Assembly (NCBI GenBank): GCA_963822945.1
Contig: CAWGJO010000021.1
Location: 224,001 to 288,000, forward strand
DNA length: 64,000 nt
From: an uncultured Gemmatimonadaceae bacterium
GTDB lineage: Bacteria > Gemmatimonadota > Gemmatimonadetes > Gemmatimonadales > Gemmatimonadaceae
Direction: 5' to 3'
Shown: piece by piece, positions 12,294 to 23,335 of the stretch
Numbering within the stretch: position 1 is the first letter of the stretch
Layout: each line of letters starts with the position of its first letter
Translations under genes and position numbers: made by a program
Notes under the pieces: generated by a model
The model's database searches: none
What the model was told of the DNA's origin: nothing
The model's input: only the letters and a program-made list of their open reading frames with translations

Positions 12294-13897
12294 TGGCGAA
12301 GTCCGACTCGGTCAAGCAGACCACTGGCGCCGCCAGCCCCACGCTGAAGGCGCTGTCCGCTGCAGGTGTGCTCGCCGCAGCGCTGATCGGGCTCAGCGCC
12401 AACGTGCTCGCCGCTCGCTTCTACGAGCGTTGGGACTGGACCAGTCAGGGGCTCTACACGCTGAGCTCCGCCACCACCGAAACGCTGCACGAGCTCGACG
12501 CTCCGGTCGACGTCATCGTGTTCTTGGCCGCGAGCGATCCGCTCACGGTGAGCGTTCGCAACATGCTCACCGCCTACGGCGCGGAAACACGACAGCTGCA
12601 CACGCGCTACGTCGACCCGGACCGCAATCCGGCGGAGTTTCTCGCCCTGCAACAGAAGTACGGCATCGTCGCGGGCAAGGCGGAGGACGGTCGTGTCGTC
12701 ACGGATGCCGCCATCGTCGTGTCCAAGGGCGAGCGCCACTGGTACATCACCAACGACGACATCGTCGCGTACGACGACGACCAGGGGCGCGCTAGGCCGC
12801 AGCTGGAGCAGGCGCTGACGGAGGCCATCCGCAACGTACTGACGCGCGAGCGGACCACGATCTGCTTTTCGTCCGGCCATCAGGAGATCAGCATCGAGGA
12901 CGGAGGCCCCAACGGCCTCGGCGAGCTGCGCTACCGTCTGGACAAGAACAACTACGACGTCGAGACCCTCGACCTTTCCGGGACGAAGTCGGACACCAAG
13001 CTGGAGGACTGCCGGGTGCTGGTGCTGGCCGGCCCGGAAGTGCAGGTTCCGGAGAAGACCACCGCTCGCATCTCGAACTGGTTCAAAGCCGGCGGTAACG
13101 TGCTCTTGCTCGCCAATCCGATCCTGGACGAGGACAACCGCATCCAGCCCACGGGTCTGGAGCCATTGACCCGGAGCGCCGGAATCGACTTGAACGCGGA
13201 CTTCATCGTCGAGCAGGACGACAAGCTGCGTTTGCCTTCCGGCCTGGGGGAGTCGTTTTTCGCAACGCCCAAAGAGCATGCGGTGACGGCCGGGCTGTTC
13301 CGCGGCGGAGAGCCTCGCTATCGCGTGCTGGTCAGCGCGGCACAGAGCCTGCGGGCCACTGGAGAGCGACCCGTCTCCCTGCTGGTCAGCAGCGAAAAAG
13401 CGTTCGTCCTCAAGGACATTCGCCCGTTCGTTGAGCAGGGCAAGCCCGTGACAAAGGGTGAGGGCGACAAGTCCGGACCGTTCGTGGTGGCCTACGCCGC
13501 GGAGCTACCCAAGCCGAAGGCCTCCAAGGCCCCGCATGGGCCACGCATGGTCGTGGTCGGTAGCGCAAACCTGGCTTGGAGCCGCAACTGGCGGGAGCCA
13601 ACGCTCTTGGGCAATCGTCTGTTCGTGGAGAGCGCCCTTTCGTGGCTGGCTGCGCGACCGGCGCTGGTCAGCGTTCCGGAAAAGGCGAGCCACGACGTCG
13701 GCCTGGCGCTGACCGAAGAGTCCCTGGGTGACGTTCGCAACTACGTGCTGTTGTACATGCCCCTGTCGGTGGCTGCCCTGGGCATCTTCGTGATGCTGCG
13801 CCGACGCTCCAAAGAGAAGCGCTCTCGCCGCGAAGGGAACGAGCGCCACGAAAAAGAGAGCGAACGGCGAAGCGAACCCGACGACGAGGAAAGCTGA
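12293..13897 (+). CDS. ABC transporter auxiliary component, GldG-like
   Basis: WDWTSQGLYTLS, YVDPDRNP, EQALTEAI, FSSGHQE, GNRLFVESALSWL plus N- and C-terminal TM helices. Confidence 0.88.
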   Translation: MAKSDSVKQTTGAASPTLKALSAAGVLAAALIGLSANVLAARFYERWDWTSQGLYTLSSATTETLHELDAPVDVIVFLAASDPLTVSVRNMLTAYGAETRQLHTRYVDPDRNPAEFLALQQKYGIVAGKAEDGRVVTDAAIVVSKGERHWYITNDDIVAYDDDQGRARPQLEQALTEAIRNVLTRERTTICFSSGHQEISIEDGGPNGLGELRYRLDKNNYDVETLDLSGTKSDTKLEDCRVLVLAGPEVQVPEKTTARISNWFKAGGNVLLLANPILDEDNRIQPTGLEPLTRSAGIDLNADFIVEQDDKLRLPSGLGESFFATPKEHAVTAGLFRGGEPRYRVLVSAAQSLRATGERPVSLLVSSEKAFVLKDIRPFVEQGKPVTKGEGDKSGPFVVAYAAELPKPKASKAPHGPRMVVVGSANLAWSRNWREPTLLGNRLFVESALSWLAARPALVSVPEKASHDVGLALTEESLGDVRNYVLLYMPLSVAALGIFVMLRRRSKEKRSRREGNERHEKESERRSEPDDEES

Positions 13898-16087
13898 TGT
13901 CGCGGGCGTTGCGCAGCCAGTGGCTCAACATCGCGCTGGTCGTGGGTGCGGTAACGCTGATCGCCGTCGTGGTGTTGACGCGCGGCAAGGTGACGACCGG
14001 AGAACGCGAGGCGCGAGAAAATAACGTGCTCTCCGCCTGGCGCCCGGGGGAGCTGTCCCGCGTCACCTTCGACCGAGGCAAGGAGCACATCGTGCTCCAA
14101 CGAGAGGGGGACGAAGACGCCGGAGACGTGAGCTGGCAGATTCGGGAGCCCATCCAAGAGGAAGCGGACGCGTACGCCGTCGACAAGCTACTCGGGTCCC
14201 TGGAGTTCGCGCGCTGGGTTCGACGCATCGACAAGGGCGAAGTCGACCGCGCCCAGTTCGGGCTAACGGAGCCGCAGTGGGTGATGGGCATCTCGATGGG
14301 CAGCATCCACTACGACCTCCGCCTGGGGAAGGAAGCTGCGATGCCCGCCGGCTCGCACTATCTGGAGCTCGAAGCCAAGGGGGCTCCGGGCAGCGGAGTC
14401 GTGATCATCAGTCGGGATCTCGCGACGGAGCTCACCATCCAGCTGGCGGATCTTCGCGGACGCCTGATCCTGCCGTACTTCTCCAGCTCGCTTCAGCGCA
14501 TCGTCTTGGAGGGAGCGGGTGGCACCCGCAAGCTGGCGGCCATGGGCGACAACGTCTGGCGGTTCGACGGCATGCTGGGCAACGTGCGCGTCAATCGCGA
14601 GATATTCGATCAGGTGCTGGTGCAGTTCGCTCGCACCAAGGCAGACGAGTTTCTGAGCGAAAAGGCGGCCGCCGGCGCTCTCGACGGGGACGTCGTGAAA
14701 ATCACGCTGGTTCCCAAGGACGGCAAGCTTCCCACGGGGCTCGTGCAAGTCGGCGGGCAGTGTCCGGGCAACGACAAGGACGCGGTAGCGCTCCGACGCA
14801 AGCCCGACGTGCAGGGAGCCTGCGTGCCCAAGAGCGTGATGGTGGGGCTCACCCTACCCGCCGAAAAGTTGGTGGATCAGACGCTGTTTTTCGCTCAGAA
14901 GGACCAAGTCGAGTCCATCAGCATCACGCTCGGCGAAAAGAAGCTCGACCTGGAGCGCAAAGACAACGGCTTCGTCATGCTCGCGCCAATCAAGACGAAC
15001 GTGGAGCTGGAAGCCGGCAACGAGTGGCTCGACTCCATCCTCGGGGCCGAAGGCGAGATCGAGAAAGCGCCCGACCTGGCCGCGCTGGGGCTCTCGCCTC
15101 CCGCGGGCCACATCGACATCAAATACATTCGCAAGACTGATTCGGGCCTGGCAAAGGATCGCGTGGACTTGGGCAAACGAAGCCCCGACGGCAAGCTGTG
15201 GGTGCGGCGGGTCAACGACGGCGCCGTGCTTCAGCTGGGCCGGGAGGTGGCACGACCCATCCGCGTGGACACCACTCTGGTGCGCGACAAGAAGGTCCTC
15301 GAATTCACCGCCTCGGATTTCCACTCGGCCGAAATCACCGCTGCCGGCGTCGGACCAACGGATCGTTCGCGAACCATCCGGCCAGTTTCGCTTCGACAAG
15401 CCCAAAGGCTACGACCCGGATGCCGGACTGTGCACGGACGTCGTGGATCTTCTGGGCTCGCTCACGGCCGAGCGCTGGGTAGCCGACAGCGACGACGGCA
15501 GCTTTGGCTTCGAGCACCCGACCGTGCGCGCTCGCGTGAGCTATGCCGCGGGGGACGCCGGTACTCAGGAGCGTCAGCTGGTGGTGGGTAGTCTGGTCAG
15601 CGGCGGCGCTTACGCGAAGCTCGCTGGGGAACCGGGCGTGTTCGTGATGTCTCGACGCGTCGTCGAAGCGCTTCAAGGGCTGCTCCTGGATCGCTCCGCT
15701 CTGATGGTGGCCCCGGACGAAGCGAAAAAGGTGACCCTGGAGCGAGACGGCAAGAAGGTCGAGCTGTCACGAGAGGGGGACCATTTCACTCAGACGGCGG
15801 GACCGGAGCTCGGCGCCTCCTCGGTCACGAAGATCATGGAAGCCCTCGCGGGCCTTCGAGCCGAGGCCGCCGTTCATCTCGGTGCGGCGCGCCCCAGCGA
15901 AGGTCTGACCAAGCCCACCCTCGTGGTCCGCATCGAGCCACCGGGCGGCGGCAAGCCACGGCAGCTCAGCTTTGGCGCAGGGGACGCTTATCAAAACACG
16001 AGCATCGTGTACGCGCGCTCGGGCAGCGTGGACGCGACGTTCGTGATCGCCAAGAGCAAGGTGACGGAGCTACTCGACGCACTGTGA
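13897..16087 (+). CDS. Multi-DUF4340-domain membrane-anchored protein (frameshift near 15350)
   Basis: N-terminal TM; recurring FGLTEP/LGLSPP/FGFEHP/EGLTKP motifs; usual fourth gene of gldAFG-like operons; ORFs 13897..15591 and 15443..16087. Confidence 0.8.
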
Positions 16088-16130
16088 CCGGGTTGACAGG
16101 CCGTCGGCGCGGCGCTCTGCTGGCAGCGTC

Positions 16131-16466
16131 ATGAACAAGGCCCTCATGCTCACGGTGGCAGGCATCGTCCTGGCCACGGCGTGCACTATCAAGACCTACA
16201 AGAAGAACGAGCCGCAGGCGCCCACGGCCACGGCCACGGCGGCACCGGCGGCCACGCCGGAGCCCGCACCCGCGGTCGACGCCGGCTACGACCCCTGCGC
16301 CGGCAAGGCCTGCGGCGACCGCTGCCGCGTGTGTGATCCCAAGGTCACCACCTGTCTGGAAACCGCGGTGATCAAGCTGTGTCATCCCGACGGCCAGTGC
16401 CTGCCCGCGACGACGGTCGACTGCTCGGCACCGGACGCCGCGCCCGCGCCTGCCGCAACGCCCTGA
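16131..16466 (+). CDS. Small Cys-rich lipoprotein
   Basis: Lipobox LATAC, Pro/Ala linker, 8-Cys domain DPCAGKACGDRCRVC...CHPDGQC...DC. Confidence 0.8.
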   Translation: MNKALMLTVAGIVLATACTIKTYKKNEPQAPTATATAAPAATPEPAPAVDAGYDPCAGKACGDRCRVCDPKVTTCLETAVIKLCHPDGQCLPATTVDCSAPDAAPAPAATP

Positions 16467-16470
16467 TCGC

Positions 16471-16860
16471 TCAGCTCGCGAGCGTCTTCTTCTTGCGCTT
16501 GTAGATCGCGTCCCAACCGCGGCGGTACTCGTCCGTCGCGACTTGCGGCGGCCCGCCGCGGGATGTCACTTTGGGTGTGGCGTCGAGCTCCACGTCGACG
16601 TCACACACGACGGGGAGCTCCGGACGCGGCTTGAGGCGCACGACTTGGCCGGCGATCGGCTTGCCGTGCTCCATCGGGCGCACCACCCCGGTCTCGACCT
16701 GCCCCTCGCGAAAACGCAGCACGCCGACGCCAGCACCGTCCGAAGTCTTCGGGCCGAGCACCACGAAGTCTTCCTTCGCGGGAGCTGCCGGCTTGTCCGC
16801 CTTGCCGACAGCGCTCGGGGCGGTGCCGTTGCCGTCAGCGGCTTTCTTGCTCTTGTCCAC
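16471..16860 (-). CDS. Hypothetical protein
   Basis: 129-aa ORF with good codon bias, ends GPPQVATDEYRRGWDAIY. Confidence 0.7.
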   Translation of the reverse strand: MDKSKKAADGNGTAPSAVGKADKPAAPAKEDFVVLGPKTSDGAGVGVLRFREGQVETGVVRPMEHGKPIAGQVVRLKPRPELPVVCDVDVELDATPKVTSRGGPPQVATDEYRRGWDAIYKRKKKTLAS

Positions 16861-16934
16861 GAGGGTCCACCAAGTCTAGCTCGAACGGACGCCTCGGGCG
16901 AAAGCGGGATTTGTTGGTCCGGCGCGAATCCGTG

Positions 16935-17627
16935 CTAGCGGGGACGGGAACGCTGTCTCGGTCCCTGGTTGCGCGAGGTCCCCAGCACTTGGGACAGAGT
17001 CACCCCGACCTGCAGCTGAGGGCGGTCCGGGGCGCCCCACTGCCAACGTTCTATGGCACGCCCGTCGGCCAAGATCCGAAAGCCGCCGAAGTCGAATCCC
17101 ATGGTGGCAGCGCCGAACGGCGCGTAGATGCCGAAGCCCCCGTCGTCGTCCACGCGGTCGTAGATGAACAGGTCGACGCCGGCCCCGATGGTGGTGAAGA
17201 ACACCGGAGAGCGGTAGCCGAGAAACAGGCTCATGGGCATGCCGCCGCCACCGCCCGCGGGCGACGTCCACACCTCCCCGCCAATCAACACGCCGCCGAC
17301 AGGGCCCGGTCGCGCGTACCCATCGGTCGCGAACGCCTCCAGCTCGATGCGCCCGAACCAACCGTTTTCCGTGTTCTCGCTGAAGGTCCGGCCAAAGGTG
17401 CCGCGGACGCCCGCGCCCGAGTCTCCCGGGTGCGCGTTCTCCAGCTCCGCTGCGTCGACCTGGGTCTCTTGCCCGTGGGCCACTGCGCGCTGCTGCTCCG
17501 CGTCTTGGTCCTCGGGCGCGCCCACGGCGATGGTCAAGGAGCCGCCGGCCCTGCTCTTGGTCTGGGCGAACGCGGTAGCCGAGACCGAAACAAGAGCCAT
17601 GCAAACCAGCGCCGGGCGCACGCGCAT
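16935..17627 (-). CDS. Secreted protein, probable small outer-membrane beta-barrel
   Basis: Signal peptide ending AFA-Q, amphipathic beta strands; TGATG overlap with the upstream SH3 gene. Confidence 0.65.
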   Translation of the reverse strand: MRVRPALVCMALVSVSATAFAQTKSRAGGSLTIAVGAPEDQDAEQQRAVAHGQETQVDAAELENAHPGDSGAGVRGTFGRTFSENTENGWFGRIELEAFATDGYARPGPVGGVLIGGEVWTSPAGGGGGMPMSLFLGYRSPVFFTTIGAGVDLFIYDRVDDDGGFGIYAPFGAATMGFDFGGFRILADGRAIERWQWGAPDRPQLQVGVTLSQVLGTSRNQGPRQRSRPR

Positions 17628-18509
17628 CACATCCCGATGGCCGTCTTGAAGACCCAGCCTTCGCTCCCCTTGGCGTCGTACTTCACACGGTACCAGTCGT
17701 CCTGCCGTCCGCTCACCACCACGCGCGTGCCGCGCAAAATGCGAGCGACGATAGCGCCGTCTTTGGGCTTGTCGCGGATGATGGCCACGTCCCAACTGAC
17801 GGTGGCGCGCCCGCTGGCCTCCGTCACCTGAGGATCCGCGGAGCCCTTGTCCCCCGGAGGCTTCAGCGTAACGAGATAGAAGGCGGTGTATTTTTGGTAC
17901 TGGTGCTTCACGGCGTCGAGGGACACCGTGTCGAATTCCTTCTTGGCGCACTCGAGCAAAGCGTCCGCCGTGGCATCGGGCAAGGTCGTGCTCTTGCCAC
18001 GCAAGTAGTCGACGACCTTCTTCTTGCCGAAGTCGAGCTCCAGACCCCAGGCTGAGGGTGCCCTCGGCGCTCTCGGCAGCCGGACAGGTGACCAGCGACT
18101 GCAGCCGCGCCATCGCCACGCCTTCCAGCTCCAGGGAGCCGCACTCGTTCTTGCGGTGCCCCTCGGCGTCGTAGCAGCTCGTGATCTGCAGCTCGCCGAT
18201 ATCCACGCGGTCGCTCACGTCGGCCGGTGGGGGTTTGTTCCCCGCCGCTTGCGTGGCCGCCGGGGCGACGGCCGCCGCGGGGGGCGCGGGATCCCCCGAG
18301 CCCGCCGGCGCGCCTTCGTCGTCCGCCGAAGTGGCAGCCACCACGCCCTCCGTCGGAGCGCTGGGAACCAGCTGAACTCCTGCCAGACGGGGCCACAGCA
18401 CACCGATTGCGAAGCCCACGACGGTGATGATCCCGACCCGAGCGATCCGGGGCTTGTCCTCGTTGGGCTTCGGGAATTCGACCTTCAGGCCGGCTTTGGT
18501 CGTTGCCAT
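17627..18509 (-). CDS. Membrane-anchored protein with C-terminal bacterial SH3 domain (frameshift near 18040)
   Basis: N-terminal TM; C-terminal AIIRDKP...IVARILRGTRVVVSGRQDDWYRVKY...EGWVF typical of SH3b. Confidence 0.8.
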
Positions 18510-18581
18510 CGTGACGATTCTCGTGCCCCTGAAGGGCGAATCGGGCTTAGCACGACCGCGCCCAGATGGAAAAATGGGCGC

Positions 18582-19943
18582 ATGGGCTCGGGCCGGAAAC
18601 TCGGCGGGCTGCTCGCGGCAGCCATTTTGGCGCTCGGCGCCGGGGTCTGGGCCCGGCCGCGCCTATTGCCAGCCTCCGGCGCCGTCGTCGGCCTGCGGGT
18701 CGACGGCCATGAGCTGCGACCCGGTCAGGACGTTCGCGAGGCGGTGGCGGCGCGGGCGCGCGAGCTGCTCTCGCGCGAGCTCGACGTTCGCATCCACGAC
18801 ACGACCCGCAAGCTCAGCTTTGCGAAGCTGGGTCTTCGTGTGGACGTGGCTCTTGTGGCTCGACGGGCAGGCGCCATCGGCCGTCACGGCAGCCTGGCGC
18901 TCAGGTTGGACGAGCTCGTCCGGGCGCGCCGTGGCGAGATCGACGTGCCCTTGGACCTGTCGCTGGACCCGAATGTCCTTGCCGGCGTGCTGTTGCCGCT
19001 GAAGAAGCGGAGCGACCAGCTCGCCAAACCGGCGCGCTACGACTTCGAGCACGACAAGGTTCTCGCCCACGACCCGGGGCGCTTCCTCGACCTGGACGCC
19101 TCCGCGGAGGCCGTGCTTCGAGCCGCTCGCAGCGGCGCCCGCGGAATCGAGCTCCCCTTCGTAGAAATCGCGCCGGAGGTCAGCACGGCGTTGGTCCGCC
19201 GTGCGCACCTGGACACCGTCGTGGCGCAATACGAAACGCGGTTCGGCCGCGGCGGCGACGCGGACAATCGCGCCACCAACATCGAGACCGCGGCCGCAAA
19301 GCTCGATGGCGTGGTCCTCGCGCCGGGCGGCGTGGTCAGCTTCAACCGCGTGGTCGGGGCTCGCTCACGGGCGAACGGCTTTCGCCCGGGTTGGGAGATC
19401 TACAAAGGCGAGATGGTCCGCGGCGTCGGCGGAGGCACCTGCCAGGTCTCCAGCACGCTGCACGCAGCCGCCTTCTTCGCCGGGTTGGACGTCGTGGAGC
19501 GGGCGCCGCACTCGCGCCCGTCGGCGTACATCGGGCTGGGGCTGGACTCGACGGTGTCCTGGCCCACCCTGGACCTGAAGCTCAGAAACCCTTGGTCTTT
19601 CCCCATCTTCATCCACACCGAAGTGCAGAAGAACACGTTGCGGGTCACGCTCTTGGGCGCCAAAAAGCCCGCCGAGGTGCTCTTCGCCCGCGATACGCTG
19701 GCGGTCATTCCCTTCAAGCGCAAGGTCACGACGAGCGCCTGGCTGCCGGAGGGCACCATCGTCAAAAAGCAGAAGGGCATCCGCGGCTATCGCATCCGCC
19801 GCACCCGCCGAATCGTACCGATCACCGGTGCAGCTCGCGTGGAAACGACCATCGACGTGTACCCGGCGACCCCAGAGCACTACATCGTCCCACCGGGAAC
19901 GGACTTGGAAACGGCGCTCCCGCCCGAGCCCTCCAGCGCCTGA
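18582..19943 (+). CDS. VanW-family protein with N-terminal peptidoglycan-binding-like region and G5-like C-terminus
   Basis: [63 protein letters not shown]. Confidence 0.9.
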   Translation: MGSGRKLGGLLAAAILALGAGVWARPRLLPASGAVVGLRVDGHELRPGQDVREAVAARARELLSRELDVRIHDTTRKLSFAKLGLRVDVALVARRAGAIGRHGSLALRLDELVRARRGEIDVPLDLSLDPNVLAGVLLPLKKRSDQLAKPARYDFEHDKVLAHDPGRFLDLDASAEAVLRAARSGARGIELPFVEIAPEVSTALVRRAHLDTVVAQYETRFGRGGDADNRATNIETAAAKLDGVVLAPGGVVSFNRVVGARSRANGFRPGWEIYKGEMVRGVGGGTCQVSSTLHAAAFFAGLDVVERAPHSRPSAYIGLGLDSTVSWPTLDLKLRNPWSFPIFIHTEVQKNTLRVTLLGAKKPAEVLFARDTLAVIPFKRKVTTSAWLPEGTIVKKQKGIRGYRIRRTRRIVPITGAARVETTIDVYPATPEHYIVPPGTDLETALPPEPSSA

Positions 19944-19999
19944 CATTTCCCCCTGGCAACTGCTGCGCGCCTGTCGGAGGATGCTCTTTGGACTCGCCG

Positions 20000-21736
20000 A
20001 TGAAGGCCTGCCCGCAATGTAATCTCAAGTACCCGAGCGACAAGACTGCGTGCTTCGTCGACGGGTCGACCCTGGTAGAGATCCAGGATCCGCGCATCGG
20101 TACGACCATCGCCGGCCGCTACCTGATCGAAGACGTGCTGGGCGAAGGCGGCATGGCCACGGTGTACCGAGCTCGGCACCGGCTGATCGATCGGCCGTGT
20201 GCCGTCAAGATCATGAACCAGAGCCTGGTGGGCAATGAGGTGATCCGCGAGCGCTTTCGCCGCGAAGCCAAAGCTGCCCAGAAGCTCGCTCACCCCAACA
20301 TCATCGAGATCTTCGACCAGGGCGAAACCGGCGACGGCGGCTTGTATCTGGTCATGGAGCTGTTGGAGGGCGAGACCCTGGCAGACCTTCTGGAGCGCGA
20401 GCATCGGCTGCCCCTGGAGCGGGCTCTGCCCCTGTTGATCCAGATCGCTCGCGCCCTGGCCCGCGCCCACGATCTCGAGGTCATCCATCGCGATCTCAAA
20501 CCCGAGAACATCTTCGTCGCGAAGGATCCCGAAGGCGGCGACCGCGCCGTGCTGCTCGACTTCGGCATCGCTCGATCGCTGCAGGACTCCCGACTGACAG
20601 GCAGCGGCGAGGTGTTCGGAACGCCGCAGTACATGGCGCCGGAACGCATCACCAGCATCGACGCGGGCCCGGCGGCGGACCTCTACGCCGTGGGCGTGAT
20701 GATGTTCGAGATGATCACCGGGAAGCTGCCCTTCGACGCGCGGGACGTGGCGGGCTACTTCATCAAGCACCTCAAAGAGGCTCCGCCGTCGATGCTGTCC
20801 ATCGACAGCAGCATTCCCAAGGCTCTGGACGATCTGGCCCAGCAGCTGATGGCGAAAACCCCGGAGGAACGCCCGGTAGACGCCCACCGGCTGGTCGCGG
20901 ATCTGACCGCCATCGCCGGTCCTCTGGGTGCGCGAATCCCCGAGGAGCCCAAAGAGGAAGAAGAGAGCTTGCGCGGGCACGCGGAGACGTTGCCGCCCGT
21001 CGCCATCGATCGCTGGGTGCGGCGCACGGCGGTCTTCGAGCAAATGCTGTCCAAGGCCTTTCCGGACGACCGCCCCAAAGATCTCTCGGAGCTGCTCGGC
21101 CAGGTCAAAGCGCTGGTGCGAGAGATCACCACGCTCCGCAGCAAGAGCCTGGCGCAGCAGCGTCACCTCGAAACCATCGAGACGCGCGGACGCGACGGGC
21201 GCCAGCGTTTCGGTAACGCCGTTCACGCGCTGGGTGTGGATGCCAGCCGCGCCCGCGACGAGGCCAAGCTGGCGCTTTCCGCCGCGACGGAGGTCGACAC
21301 CACCCTGGACGATGCGCGCGACGCCGTGCTCGAGTCACACCGCAATGTGATGTTCTGGGAGGGACGCACCGGGTTTCAGGCCCCCTACCCCGAGCTCGCC
21401 GAAGCGTATCGCGCGGTAGCCAAGAAGGTGGACGCCTGGGTCGCCGCCGGCAAGCGCCGGAGCGACGCGGAAAAGCTGGCCGCCGAGAAGAAGGCGGAGG
21501 TGGACGATTTCGAGTTCCAGATCCAGGAGCTGAGGAACGCTCTGGCCAAGGCGGAAGAAGAAATCGAGCGCGAAACCGCAGAGACGCAAAAGAGCATCAG
21601 CGAGATGGGCGACCAGGCCGACGCGCTAGAAGCCGAGCTGCTCGAGCTGGCCACCCGCTTCTGCGCTCCGCTGCGCAAGCGCCCGGAGCTCCGCGAGCTG
21701 TTCCACGACCTGGAAGCCGACGCGGAAGCCGCCTGA
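20000..21736 (+). CDS. Ser/Thr protein kinase with N-terminal zinc ribbon and C-terminal coiled coil
   Basis: MKACPQC...[41 protein letters not shown]-rich helical tail. Confidence 0.95.
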   Translation: MKACPQCNLKYPSDKTACFVDGSTLVEIQDPRIGTTIAGRYLIEDVLGEGGMATVYRARHRLIDRPCAVKIMNQSLVGNEVIRERFRREAKAAQKLAHPNIIEIFDQGETGDGGLYLVMELLEGETLADLLEREHRLPLERALPLLIQIARALARAHDLEVIHRDLKPENIFVAKDPEGGDRAVLLDFGIARSLQDSRLTGSGEVFGTPQYMAPERITSIDAGPAADLYAVGVMMFEMITGKLPFDARDVAGYFIKHLKEAPPSMLSIDSSIPKALDDLAQQLMAKTPEERPVDAHRLVADLTAIAGPLGARIPEEPKEEEESLRGHAETLPPVAIDRWVRRTAVFEQMLSKAFPDDRPKDLSELLGQVKALVREITTLRSKSLAQQRHLETIETRGRDGRQRFGNAVHALGVDASRARDEAKLALSAATEVDTTLDDARDAVLESHRNVMFWEGRTGFQAPYPELAEAYRAVAKKVDAWVAAGKRRSDAEKLAAEKKAEVDDFEFQIQELRNALAKAEEEIERETAETQKSISEMGDQADALEAELLELATRFCAPLRKRPELRELFHDLEADAEAA

Positions 21737-21824
21737 GCCGCCTCGGGGATTTTCGTTGGTTCGGCGCGGAACCAGCGCGGCGCGATGCTTGCCCCACTCA
21801 GGGACGATCCTTTAGAGGTGTTCG

Positions 21825-22275
21825 ATGCTCGGCCGCCATTTCTTGGTTCTGTCGTTCGTCGGCTTGCTGAGCGGCTCCGCGTTGGCCGAGATTCCTTCCC
21901 CCGGACGACTGCGGGATGAGGCAGCCCGGCGCTCCCTGCAACAACGCGCCGCCCCCGGATGCGACCCCGCAACAGGTCGACCAGGGGATGGTGCCCTTCA
22001 ATAGTCCGGGGCGCTGCACTTCTGCGACCTGCACCAAGTACTCCCCCCGGATAGGGCCGATGCAGGTCCCATGCACCATTTGCGTGCCTCAGGCCGCGCC
22101 TCGGAGTGACTCGGGAGGCTCGTGCGCGGGCTGCGCGATGGCACCCACCACCGCGTCGGCCGCGCCCTTCGGCTTTCTCGCGCTGTTGGCGCTGGCCGGT
22201 CTGCGTCGACAGCGCCGGCGCAACTTTGTCTCGGCATCGCCTATGTCGCGTCGAAGCAGACTTCCACGCGGTTGA
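21825..22275 (+). CDS. Small Cys-rich secreted protein with MYXO-CTERM-like tail (frameshift near 21900)
   Basis: AGAGG before ATG 21825, signal peptide ending ALA-E, tail SGGSCAGCAM...FLALLALAGLRRQRRR. Confidence 0.7.
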
Positions 22276-23256
22276 CGATCAAGGCGCCGGACGGACCCGC
22301 CGGCTTGATGCGCAACAGGATGCCGCCGTCGCCGGCCGTGAACGCGGCGGTGGCATTGGCTTGGTACCATTGGTAGGGCGCGCTGTTGGCGACACCGCCG
22401 TAGGGCGATGCGCCGGTACCCTTGAAGGTCTGCCAGGTGAAGCTGCCGCTGGCGGTGGTGTTGAAGCTGCGGCCGTAGATCGCGAGCGTCACGTTCTTGA
22501 TCGACGACAGGCCCACGGTGCTCATGTCGACATCGATGAAGGCCGTGCCCTCCAAGTCGAGCCCCCCTTGGGCCAGGAACGTATCGTCGAACTTCGGCGT
22601 GTAGCCGATGTTCTGGGAGTAGGCACCGACATGCCAGTTCGAGGTGTCCGGTAGATTGTTCAGCTCGTAGTCCACGTACGCGGTGGATCCGGGACCATTG
22701 CCCGCCCAGCGAAAACGCATGGCGTAGCTCCCCGTTGCGCCGGAGATGCAGCCGCCGGTGCTGCCGCCGCTGCCCCCCGTGCCGCCACTGCCCCCCGTGC
22801 CGCCACTGCCCCCCGTGCCGCCACTGCCCCCCGTGCCGCCGCTGCCCCCCGTGCCGCCACTGCCACTCGTGCCGCCACTGCCGCCGCTGCCGCCCGTGCC
22901 ACCGATTCCGCCACTCCCGGCGATTCCGCCACGCCCAGCGCCGCCGGTTCCGCTCGCGCCGCCGGTTCCGCTCCCGCGCCGCCGGTTCCGCTCCGCCGCC
23001 GTTCCGCTCGCGCCCCGGTTCCGCTCGCGCCCCCGCTTCCGCTCGCGCCCCCCTCCGCCCTTCCGCCGCCGCTCCCGCCACCCGACGTGCCGCCCGTCGC
23101 ACCGTAGCCGCCGCCCCCCGCAGCCGTGCCCCCGAGCCCGCTGTCAAAACCAGCGCCTCCGCCGTTGCCCACGCCGTCCGATCCCGACGCGGCGCATCCC
23201 CAGGCCCCGAGCGCACAGATCAGCACCAGCGCCCTTCGGGGCATCGTCAGATCCAC
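22241..23256 (-). CDS. Lipoprotein with Gly-rich stalk and C-terminal beta-sandwich domain (frameshifts in repeat)
   Basis: Lipobox AWGC, GGSGGT repeats, aromatic-rich domain (ORF 22241..22720) bracketed by Cys residues. Confidence 0.75.
22762..22890. repeat. 18-bp coding tandem repeat (GGSGGT on the minus strand)
   Basis: Unit gtgccgccactgcccccc repeated about 6 times with few mismatches. Confidence 0.9.
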
Positions 23257-23335
23257 GGAGCGCTATACGTCGGCTCCGGTGCAGATGTTCCCCGGAGGCC
23301 GTCGCGTCCGTGCCGCTTCCGCGGCGGACCAACAT

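Noticed and set aside
18582..19943. Vancomycin resistance locus
   Set aside because: VanW domain alone, with no vanHAX/vanRS genes; the domain is widespread outside resistance clusters
22762..22890. Short tandem repeats here and at 7020-7400, 36823-36894 and 56730-56850 as possible CRISPR arrays
   Set aside because: No unique spacers, units are multiples of 3 encoding Gly-rich linkers, and there are no cas genes
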